Positions 1 to 7,481 of a stretch of 64,000 bases of DNA are shown here, piece by piece; position 1 is the stretch's first letter, and each line of letters begins with the position of its first letter. The DNA comes from a virus, in the IMG/VR virus record IMGVR_UViG_2065487013_000003, positions 3,047 through 67,046 of that record, one strand, 5' to 3'. The notes under the pieces are model-generated. The model ran no database searches and had not been told where the DNA came from. It worked only from the letters and a program-made list of their open reading frames with translations. Position numbers and translations under genes: made by a program.

Positions 1-2
1 AG

Positions 3-512
3 AAAGGCGTGAAGGTCGGTTCCCGTAATCCACTTTTGCTACCAGTGGATGGCACTTACGGGTACGCCCAGGCACAGCCCAACATGCTGGCTAAAGAAGC
101 GATGGACAGCAAGCGCGATTATATGGTTCAGCTAGGTGCCAGGCTCATCGAGCAAAACAGCGCGACAAAAACAGCAACACAGGCCAGCGGCGAGCAGTCT
201 GCCGCAACGTCAATCTTGAGTATTTGCGTATCAAACGTGTCTGAGGCCTTCAGTAAGGCGCTGATGTGGTGCGCGAAGTATCTCGGCGTGACGGATGAAA
301 AAGCGGATTACAGTATCAACCAGGAGTTTATCGCCAGAGTGGCAGACTCCGGGATGGTGGCTGTTCTGGTCAGTGCCTGGCAGTCAGGTGCTATCCGTGA
401 CAGTGACCTGGTGCGTGTGCTGCAAAAACTGGACATCATTGACCCGGCCGACAGCGTTGATGAAGTTATAGACGCGCTGCGCAACGCAAACCCTACATTG
501 CTGGATAAGTGA
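3..512 (+). CDS. Portal protein, C-terminal part (DUF4055-like), 5' end truncated by the window
   Basis: Open frame from the window edge, directly upstream of a gp7-like head gene; INQEF and AWQSGAI resemble this portal family. Confidence 0.75.
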   Translation, partial: KGVKVGSRNPLLLPVDGTYGYAQAQPNMLAKEAMDSKRDYMVQLGARLIEQNSATKTATQASGEQSAATSILSICVSNVSEAFSKALMWCAKYLGVTDEKADYSINQEFIARVADSGMVAVLVSAWQSGAIRDSDLVRVLQKLDIIDPADSVDEVIDALRNANPTLLDK

Positions 513-513
513 T

Positions 514-1626
514 ATGGCTACGGTTAACGAGCAGCTTCGTGACGAGGCCATTTCGCACGCAATCGGTATAAATCGCTTTGGCACCGGAATAGCAAACCGG
601 ATGCTGAAAATCCTCAACGCCAGTGACGCGGATATCAGTGCAAAACTGATTGTGGCGCTGGAAACCCTTTCCCCTGAAAGTTTCACCGTGAGGCGGCTTG
701 AATCAATCCTGGGGGATGTTCGTTCGCTCAACCGTCAGGCGGTTGATTCCATGTTTTCTGCAATGTCAGGTGAGCTGCATGCGCTGGCAGGTTATGAGGC
801 GGGCTATCAAATCAGCCTGTTCGATTCCCTCTTGCCTGATATCGTTCTGAAGCGTTACCCGTTGCAGGGCATCACGGCGGATATGGTTTACGCCGACACC
901 ATGTCACAGCCTTTTCAGGGGCGGTTATTGTCTGAGTGGGCCGAGGGTCTGGAAACCGACAGGATGACCCGCATCGTCAATGCTGTTCGTCATGGTTATC
1001 TACAGGGGGAAACGACTGAAGCCATCGCCAGAAGGGTGAGAGGTCACGCTAACAAAGGCTATAAAGACGGTGCGCTGCAGATGAGCAGGGCAAATGCCAC
1101 CAGCATCGTTAAATCTGCGGTCAACCATCTCGCAGCTACGGCGCGGCAAAGTTTCGCAAAAGCGAACAGTGACGTTATCGAGTGTAAGCAGTGGCTTTCA
1201 ACGCTCGATAATAAAACCACGCCCCTCTGCATGATCCGCGACCGCAGAAAGTACACGCTGGAAAATAAACCGATAGGGCACAAGGTGCCTTATTTGCAGG
1301 GGCCAGGCCGAATTCATTTTTGTTGCCGCTCTACCGAAACGCTGGTGGTGAAATCATGGCGCCAGCTTGGTATTGATGTCGATGAAATGGACGTAGGAAC
1401 CCGCGCCAGTATGGACGGACAAGTACCGGCCGGCATTACCTATAACGACTGGTTACTCAGTCAGTCATTTACCCGACAGGTTCAGGTGCTGGGTGAAACC
1501 CGCGCCAGGCTCATTCGTGACGGCGGTATACGTCCTGATGAGTTCTACACCGACAAAGGGGAATGGCTCACGCTTGAACAGCTCCGCGAATATGACAGCA
1601 AGGCTTTCGAGGCCGCAGGGCTGTAA
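514..1626 (+). CDS. Minor head / head morphogenesis protein (SPP1 gp7 / Mu F family)
   Basis: WLSTLDNKTTPLC...GPGRIHFCCRST motif; follows the portal. Confidence 0.88.
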   Translation: MATVNEQLRDEAISHAIGINRFGTGIANRMLKILNASDADISAKLIVALETLSPESFTVRRLESILGDVRSLNRQAVDSMFSAMSGELHALAGYEAGYQISLFDSLLPDIVLKRYPLQGITADMVYADTMSQPFQGRLLSEWAEGLETDRMTRIVNAVRHGYLQGETTEAIARRVRGHANKGYKDGALQMSRANATSIVKSAVNHLAATARQSFAKANSDVIECKQWLSTLDNKTTPLCMIRDRRKYTLENKPIGHKVPYLQGPGRIHFCCRSTETLVVKSWRQLGIDVDEMDVGTRASMDGQVPAGITYNDWLLSQSFTRQVQVLGETRARLIRDGGIRPDEFYTDKGEWLTLEQLREYDSKAFEAAGL

Positions 1627-1633
1627 ATCATCA

Positions 1634-1656
1634 GGTCGCTTATGCGGCCTTTTTTA
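1634..1656 (+). terminator. Intrinsic terminator-like hairpin after gp7
   Basis: GGTCGC-TTAT-GCGGCC followed by a T run. Confidence 0.55.
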
Positions 1657-1691
1657 TTGGGCGAAGCCCTGAATAATCCCGAGGGGAATTT

Positions 1692-2465
1692 ATGTTAATC
1701 CGAAATATGCTTCTGAAATATTACGCTCCAGATGACGGCGGCAACGGTGGCGGTGGCGGTGGTATCGAAATCACCCCAGAGATTCAGAAGCTGATTGATG
1801 AACGCGTGACGTCTGAAGTCACCGGGCTGAAGTCAAAAAATAACGAGCTGTTGGGAACCATCAAACAGCAAAAAGAAAACTTGGCCCGCTTTGAAGGTAT
1901 CGATCCTGATGCGGTGAAAACCATCCTCCAGCGTTTTTCTGACGACGAAGAGGCGAAGCTGATCGCCGAAGGGAAAATTGACCAGGTTCTGGAAAAACGC
2001 ACTGAGCGTTTTCGCGCTGACAGCGATAAGCAAATCAAAGCGGCGGTAGAGCGTGCGGAAAAAGCAGAAGGCTTTGCCAACAAGTTCCGCGACCGCGTTC
2101 TGGCTGATGCAATCCGCGAAGCGGGACTGAAGGCCGGGGCGCTGCCTACCGCGTCAGATGATTTGATCCTCCGCGCTCGTGGCACGTTTAAGGTCAACGA
2201 TGAAGGTGAGGCCATCGCCGTTGATTCAGATGGCAATGCCATTCTCGGCAAGGACGGCAAAACGCCGCTGAGCCCGATTGAATGGGCTGAGTCGCTCAAA
2301 GATACCGCGCCGCACCTCTTTCCCGCGGCTGAAGGCACTGGGGGCGGTGGACATAAACAGGGTGGAGGTGGTGGAAACCTGAAGCGCTCAGAAATGTCGT
2401 CTCAGGAAAAAACCGACTATATCCGCAAGCATGGCCAGCAGGCTTTTCTAAAACTCCCGAAATAA
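1692..2465 (+). CDS. Capsid scaffolding protein
   Basis: Coiled-coil, Gly-rich, ends KTDYIRKHGQQAFLKLPK; lies just before the capsid gene. Confidence 0.75.
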   Translation: MLIRNMLLKYYAPDDGGNGGGGGGIEITPEIQKLIDERVTSEVTGLKSKNNELLGTIKQQKENLARFEGIDPDAVKTILQRFSDDEEAKLIAEGKIDQVLEKRTERFRADSDKQIKAAVERAEKAEGFANKFRDRVLADAIREAGLKAGALPTASDDLILRARGTFKVNDEGEAIAVDSDGNAILGKDGKTPLSPIEWAESLKDTAPHLFPAAEGTGGGGHKQGGGGGNLKRSEMSSQEKTDYIRKHGQQAFLKLPK

Positions 2466-2477
2466 AGGATTTTCTCA

Positions 2478-3449
2478 ATGACCACAACTGTAAACTCTGA
2501 CCTGATTATTTATAACGACCTGGCGCAGACCGCTTTCCTTGAGCGTCGCCAGGATAATTTGCAGGTATTTAACGATGCCTCAAACGGTGCCATCGTTCTG
2601 GACAACGAACTGATCGAGGGTGATTTCCGTAAACGTGCGTTCTACAAAGTAGGCGGCAGCATTGAAACCCGCAACGTTAACTCAACCGAAACGGTAGAAG
2701 GTAAAAAAATCGGTGCTGGCGAAGCAGTATCGGTAAAAGCGCCGTGGAAATATGGCCCGTACCACACCACTGAAGAAGCGTTTAAACGCCGCGGTCGCAG
2801 TGTAGACGAGTTCTCTGAAGTGGTTGGCGTTGACGTGGCAGACGCTGCGCTTGAAGGCTACGTGAAATATGGACTGAAGGCGCTGATCGCTGCAATCGGC
2901 GGTAATGCTGACATGGTGGTTACCGCCGATATTGAAACTGACGGTAAGCGTACCCTTACCCGTGGGCTGCGTAAGTACGGCGACAAATTTAACCGCGTAG
3001 CGCTGTTCGTCATGCACTCCGCTACCTATTTCGACATCGTGGATGAGGCTATCGCCAACAAAATCCACGAAGAAGCGGGTGTGGTTGTGTACGGCGGTCA
3101 GCCTGGCACGCTGGGTAAGCCGGTTCTTGTCACTGACTCAATGGATGTTGATGCCATTCTGGGTCTGGTTCAGGGCGCGGTGTATGTCACCGAGTCACAG
3201 GTTCCGGGGTTCCGTTCCTACGACATCAACAATCAGGAAAACCTTGCTGTAGGCTTCCGCGCAGAAGGCACGGTGAATGTTGAGCTGTTGGGCTACAGCT
3301 GGGATGAGTCGAAAGGCGATAAAAACCCGAGCCTGGAAAAAATCGGTACCGAAGGGAACTGGAAAAAACATTTCACTTCTAACAAATCTACCGCAGGCGT
3401 GCTGATTAAGCTCACTGGCGCCGAACCCGCAAATCAGTCCGTAAAGTAA
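2478..3449 (+). CDS. Major capsid protein
   Basis: 323 aa, high-expression codon usage, position after the scaffold. Confidence 0.88.
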   Translation: MTTTVNSDLIIYNDLAQTAFLERRQDNLQVFNDASNGAIVLDNELIEGDFRKRAFYKVGGSIETRNVNSTETVEGKKIGAGEAVSVKAPWKYGPYHTTEEAFKRRGRSVDEFSEVVGVDVADAALEGYVKYGLKALIAAIGGNADMVVTADIETDGKRTLTRGLRKYGDKFNRVALFVMHSATYFDIVDEAIANKIHEEAGVVVYGGQPGTLGKPVLVTDSMDVDAILGLVQGAVYVTESQVPGFRSYDINNQENLAVGFRAEGTVNVELLGYSWDESKGDKNPSLEKIGTEGNWKKHFTSNKSTAGVLIKLTGAEPANQSVK

Positions 3450-3727
3450 GCCTGTCAGCGGATAAAACTTCCGTCACCGCTGACGGTACAGATTCCGTAA
3501 CCTTCTCCGTCAAAGTCACCAAAGATGATGCGCCCGTTTCCGGTGCGGCTATCTCGTGGGCGACGTCTGGCGGGGTGCTCAGTTCGGAATCAACTTCGAC
3601 GGGCTCTGCTGGTGGCTCAACGGTAAAACTGACCTCAGAAGAGGCTGGTGAATTTACCGTGACCGCCACGGTTGATGGCGTGGGCGTCACGTCAGAAAAA
3701 ATCACCTTTGCACCAGCAGGTGCGTAA
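3446..3727 (+). CDS. Ig-like (Big_1 type) domain, probably fused to the capsid by a -1 frameshift
   Basis: No start codon; the -1 frame reads VSLSADKTSVTADGTDSVTFSVKVTKDDAPVSGAAISW...TVTATVDG; A_AAG at 3443-3446 and a 10-bp stem starting 5 nt downstream. Confidence 0.82.
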   Translation, partial: VSLSADKTSVTADGTDSVTFSVKVTKDDAPVSGAAISWATSGGVLSSESTSTGSAGGSTVKLTSEEAGEFTVTATVDGVGVTSEKITFAPAGA

Positions 3728-3732
3728 TCAAC

Positions 3733-3758
3733 AGGGGGCTTGTCCCCCTTAATTTTTT
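3733..3758 (+). terminator. Terminator after the Ig-domain frame
   Basis: AGGGGG-CTTGT-CCCCCT, then AATTTTTT. Confidence 0.6.
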
Positions 3759-3766
3759 GGTGAGAC

Positions 3767-4249
3767 ATGATTGATACCAATATCACCTCTCCTGATTTCA
3801 ACAGCTACGCCAGCGAAGCCGATTTACAGAAATATGCCAGCGCTCGAGATCTGATGTTGCCGGAAAATCTCCCCGCGATACTCCTCAAAGCAATGGATTA
3901 TCTGGAAGGCCTTAGCTGGTACGGCATCCGCGCCAGCCCGTCACAGCCTCTGTGCTGGCCCCGTCTCGATATCGAATTTGACGGTCATCCTTTCCCGTCA
4001 GATCAGATCCCCCGTCAGGTTATTACCGCCCAGTGCATGCTGGCGGTTGAAGCGGTTGACGGTGATTTACTCGGTTCCTCCCGTGAGGCTGCGGTGAAAA
4101 CTGAGCGCGTGGAAGGGGCTGTGACGATGACTTACGCCGTGGCTGATGGTGAGGCCTTCGTCCCATCTTATCCAGCCGTTGACGCGCTTCTGGCTGCGTT
4201 TATGGGCGGGCGTGGGTTTGCTATTAACACATTCTCGGAGCGTGGATAG
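3767..4249 (+). CDS. Head-tail connector (DnaT-like domain family)
   Basis: NSYAS...KAMDYL...QPLCWPR...TERVEGAVTMTY pattern; position. Confidence 0.7.
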   Translation: MIDTNITSPDFNSYASEADLQKYASARDLMLPENLPAILLKAMDYLEGLSWYGIRASPSQPLCWPRLDIEFDGHPFPSDQIPRQVITAQCMLAVEAVDGDLLGSSREAAVKTERVEGAVTMTYAVADGEAFVPSYPAVDALLAAFMGGRGFAINTFSERG

Positions 4250-4599
4250 TGCCGATTAATTATCAGCGTATGCAGCAACGCTCTGACAGGCTGCTGCGTC
4301 AGAACGGCGCGGAATATCCGGTAACGCGTAAAGGCACGGTTTCGGTCATCGGTGGCGTTGAACATCAGACTGAAGACGAGACGTTTACCGCCTGGGGCGT
4401 AAGAACCGAATATGCCCCTGACGAGATTGACGGAAACAACATCCAGCGCGGTGATGTGAAAATTGTTTTCACGTCAGAAAAAATTATCGAAATTGGCGAT
4501 CTGGTTAACGTAGACGGCAAACAACACAGGGTTATCAAACCTAATCCGGTTAAGCCCGCTTCACTGGTGATTTGCTATAAGTCACAGCTGAGGGCATAG
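4249..4599 (+). CDS. Head-tail joining / closure protein
   Basis: 116 aa beta-rich, coupled to the preceding gene. Confidence 0.65.
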   Translation: MPINYQRMQQRSDRLLRQNGAEYPVTRKGTVSVIGGVEHQTEDETFTAWGVRTEYAPDEIDGNNIQRGDVKIVFTSEKIIEIGDLVNVDGKQHRVIKPNPVKPASLVICYKSQLRA

Positions 4600-4600
4600 C

Positions 4601-5182
4601 ATGGCTGGAAACGATGATTTCATGGCCTCCATCGATGCATTCGTGGAAAAAGCAAAGTCCAATCAGGAGCAGGTTATCAGGGCTGGCTGTATACGCATCC
4701 TCGCGCGTCTCGTCGAAATGTCTCCGGTTGGTAACCCCGAGCTGTGGGAAGTTAATCAGACGGCGGTGCAGTACAACAACGTCGTTACCGAGTACAACGA
4801 TCAGCTGCGTAATGACCCTGACAACCTGACCCGAAGCGGTCGCCTGAAACGAGGCCGTAAGATTCATGACAGCATGGCGATTAGATCACCTGCGGGTTAT
4901 ACGGGCGGACGGTTTCGGGGTAACTGGCAGGTTTCTTTCGATGCACGGACAACGGAAGAGACAGGACGCATCGACAAAAGCGGTGGTGAAACACTGCGGG
5001 CCGGAAATCTTGTTCTCTCACAGTTTCGCGTGGGTATGAAGGAGGTATTTTTTTGCAATAACGTCCCCTACGCCTATCCGCTTGAAATGGGGCATTCCTC
5101 TCAGGCTCCAGGCGGGATGGTGCGTATCACAGCCGCAGAGGCGGCGCGTTTTTTTGATGAAGCGGCTAAGGAGATCAGTTAA
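4601..5182 (+). CDS. Neck protein, HK97 gp10 family
   Basis: SPVG...GRFRGNW...NNVPYAYPLEMGHSSQAPGGMVR motifs. Confidence 0.82.
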   Translation: MAGNDDFMASIDAFVEKAKSNQEQVIRAGCIRILARLVEMSPVGNPELWEVNQTAVQYNNVVTEYNDQLRNDPDNLTRSGRLKRGRKIHDSMAIRSPAGYTGGRFRGNWQVSFDARTTEETGRIDKSGGETLRAGNLVLSQFRVGMKEVFFCNNVPYAYPLEMGHSSQAPGGMVRITAAEAARFFDEAAKEIS

Positions 5183-5184
5183 TC

Positions 5185-5415
5185 ATGCGTATCACTGTTC
5201 TGGATGACGATCCCGGTAAGCGTATTAGTCCAGGCGCAGAGCGCTACGAGGTCCGGCTCGACGGGGAAATCATTAAATACTGCCTGACGGCGGATGATGA
5301 TAAAGGCCTGGTCATTTGTGCGGTTGCAGATGAGAGAGGCCTCATGAGGGCGCGAAATGGTGAGGTGGAGAAAACCACGCTTTACGGGACGGTTGAAATA
5401 AGGCGGATGCCGTGA
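5185..5415 (+). CDS. Hypothetical 76-aa protein in the neck region
   Basis: GGAG RBS, translational coupling with neighbours. Confidence 0.6.
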   Translation: MRITVLDDDPGKRISPGAERYEVRLDGEIIKYCLTADDDKGLVICAVADERGLMRARNGEVEKTTLYGTVEIRRMP

Positions 5416-5828
5416 ACATTCAACCCGATATTACAGTGCTGCTGGATAAACATCTGGGTGAATGGGCTGATAAGGAAGGTATTTCGATTTCCTGGGATAA
5501 TGTGGAATTCACTCCGCCTGAAACGGGCGTTTATCTTCAGTCACATGATCTGCCGGCCACGCCATACAGTATTGACCTGGCCGGAAAATGTCAGGTTTAT
5601 CCTGGCGTGTATCAGATTAATGTTATTGCCAGAACGGCAACGGGTCGAACGCTTGCTGCGCAGACGGCAAAAAAAATCACCGCGCTTTTTCATCAAAACC
5701 TTGTCCTTGTCGGCGAAGGTTTTACCTGCTGGGTTTTATCACTTCCCGCCATTCATCGTGGCATCAATAACGGCGTGAACTGGACTGTTCCGGTCAGCCT
5801 GACTTACCGCGCAGAAACCATAGTCTGA
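5412..5828 (+). CDS. Tail terminator-like protein
   Basis: Position before the tail tube; YPGVYQINV and WTVPVSLTYR pattern. Confidence 0.7.
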   Translation: MNIQPDITVLLDKHLGEWADKEGISISWDNVEFTPPETGVYLQSHDLPATPYSIDLAGKCQVYPGVYQINVIARTATGRTLAAQTAKKITALFHQNLVLVGEGFTCWVLSLPAIHRGINNGVNWTVPVSLTYRAETIV

Positions 5829-5871
5829 TTTCTGCTGCACACCCTAACTTTATTCCAGTGGAGATATCTCT

Positions 5872-6810
5872 ATGGGCTTTGCATTGCCTAACGGCTCGCA
5901 CGTCTATCTGGCGTCGGGCTATGATCCTGCGGTTCCATTTACAGGGGCGACTAATGCCGAACATGCCGTTGTCACGGTTGAATCAGGGGGCGGATTTGCT
6001 TCTGGCGACGTTGTTCACGTCAATTGTGACTGGACCGGAATTGATAACGTCGTCGCGCTGGTTGATGCCGTTGCTGGTTCGGCGGTAACCCTTCGCAACA
6101 TCAACACCACCAACACCGGAAAATTTCCTGCTGGTGGTGGAAGCGGTACTCTGCGTAAGGTCACCGAATGGACCGAAATCCCTCAGATCACCGAGGTGGC
6201 GAACGCGGGTGGCGAGCAGAACACCACGCAGATCCAGTTTTTGTCTGATGACCGTCAGCGTAACCTTAACACCTACAAATCAGCCAGTTCGCAGACCTAC
6301 ACCATTGCGCATGATTCATCGCTTCCGGTTTACCCGCTGCTGCGCAAGCTTGATGAGGATGAAGAAACGGTGGCGGCGTACATGTACGTGCCAAAAGCGA
6401 AAGAAAACCGCTACTGGGCGGCGACAGCTTCTTTCAATGATATTCCGCAGACAGCCGTAAACTCAGTTGAAACAGTAACCGCAGTTCTCAACCTTCAGTC
6501 TCCTGCTATGACGTTCTACAAAATCGATAACGTGACTACCCCAGCAGTACAGGTCACGGGGGTTACTCTCAACGAGACTAAGCTGGATCTGGATGCTGGC
6601 GAAACAGCTCAACTGGTCGCTGAAGTCACTCCGGCTGATGCCACAAATAAACAGGTCACCTGGTCAAGTTCGAATGAAGAAGTCGCCAAAGTTAGCGCCG
6701 ATGGGCTTGTGACGGCGATGGCTGGCGATGGCGGTTCAACGATTATCACCTGCACAACGGTAGACGGCAGTAAAACCGCGACCTGTGAAGTTACCGAAAC
6801 GGTAGCTTAA
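5872..6810 (+). CDS. Major tail tube protein with C-terminal Big_2 Ig domain
   Basis: LPNGSHV start; GGEQ...QFLSDD motif; C-terminal VTGVTLNETKLDL...TNKQVTWSSS. Confidence 0.9.
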   Translation: MGFALPNGSHVYLASGYDPAVPFTGATNAEHAVVTVESGGGFASGDVVHVNCDWTGIDNVVALVDAVAGSAVTLRNINTTNTGKFPAGGGSGTLRKVTEWTEIPQITEVANAGGEQNTTQIQFLSDDRQRNLNTYKSASSQTYTIAHDSSLPVYPLLRKLDEDEETVAAYMYVPKAKENRYWAATASFNDIPQTAVNSVETVTAVLNLQSPAMTFYKIDNVTTPAVQVTGVTLNETKLDLDAGETAQLVAEVTPADATNKQVTWSSSNEEVAKVSADGLVTAMAGDGGSTIITCTTVDGSKTATCEVTETVA

Positions 6811-6816
6811 TTACCG

Positions 6817-6838
6817 GCCCTCTTGTGAGGGCTTTTTT
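6817..6838 (+). terminator. Terminator after the tail tube gene
   Basis: GCCCTC-TTGT-GAGGGC followed by T6. Confidence 0.7.
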
Positions 6839-6858
6839 ATTTTGAGAAGGAAAACACA

Positions 6859-7170
6859 ATGGCAACTAAATTTGAGCTGCAACCGAAACCGACTTTTAAA
6901 GCCAACGTAGAGATCCCGCGAGCAGGGGAAGAGCCTGGCGTGCTGACTTTTACGTTCCGTCATAAGTCAGCGGATCAGATCAAAGAGATGGAAAAGCGTG
7001 AAGGGGCAACGGCAGTTGATTTTCTGTCTGAAATAATTGAGGGCTGGGCGCTGCCTCAACCTTACACCCGCGAAAACCTGACGGTGTTACTGAATAACTA
7101 CCTGAGCGCGGCAGGTGCAATCACCGAAAAATATTACGCCGAACTGATGGGGATCCGGGAAAAAAACTAA
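6859..7170 (+). CDS. Tail assembly chaperone (gpG-like)
   Basis: Between tube and tape measure; ends at slippery A_AAA_AAC. Confidence 0.85.
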   Translation: MATKFELQPKPTFKANVEIPRAGEEPGVLTFTFRHKSADQIKEMEKREGATAVDFLSEIIEGWALPQPYTRENLTVLLNNYLSAAGAITEKYYAELMGIREKN

Positions 7171-7481
7171 TAGCGGTTGCCTCTGCATTCTATACGCCTG
7201 AAGTGGCAGCGGAGGACATGGCCACCTTCGGGCTGACTGATGACGATTACGACGATGTGATCGTTCACGTTCTGCCTGATGTGTGGCCCGCCTTTTGCCT
7301 GTTCCAGTCGCTGTCTACGCAATGGCGCACTGGCTTTGGTGGCGCGACAGGACTTGATTATAACGTGCTGCCCTGGCTGATGCGCGTTCACGGCATCGAG
7401 GATGAGGCAACCGCCCTAAATGACATCCGTATCATGGAGCGCACCGCTCTGAAAACCATGCATAAAAAAGAGGTGGCCTGA
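7167..7481 (+). CDS. Tail assembly chaperone frameshift extension (gpT-like, DUF1799-like)
   Basis: The -1 frame is open from the slippery site; TQWRTGFGGATGLDY motif. Confidence 0.82.
   Translation, partial: LIAVASAFYTPEVAAEDMATFGLTDDDYDDVIVHVLPDVWPAFCLFQSLSTQWRTGFGGATGLDYNVLPWLMRVHGIEDEATALNDIRIMERTALKTMHKKEVA

Noticed and set aside
3412-3801. 129-aa minus-strand ORF from the track
   Set aside because: It is the reverse complement of the frameshift-linked Ig domain on the plus strand.
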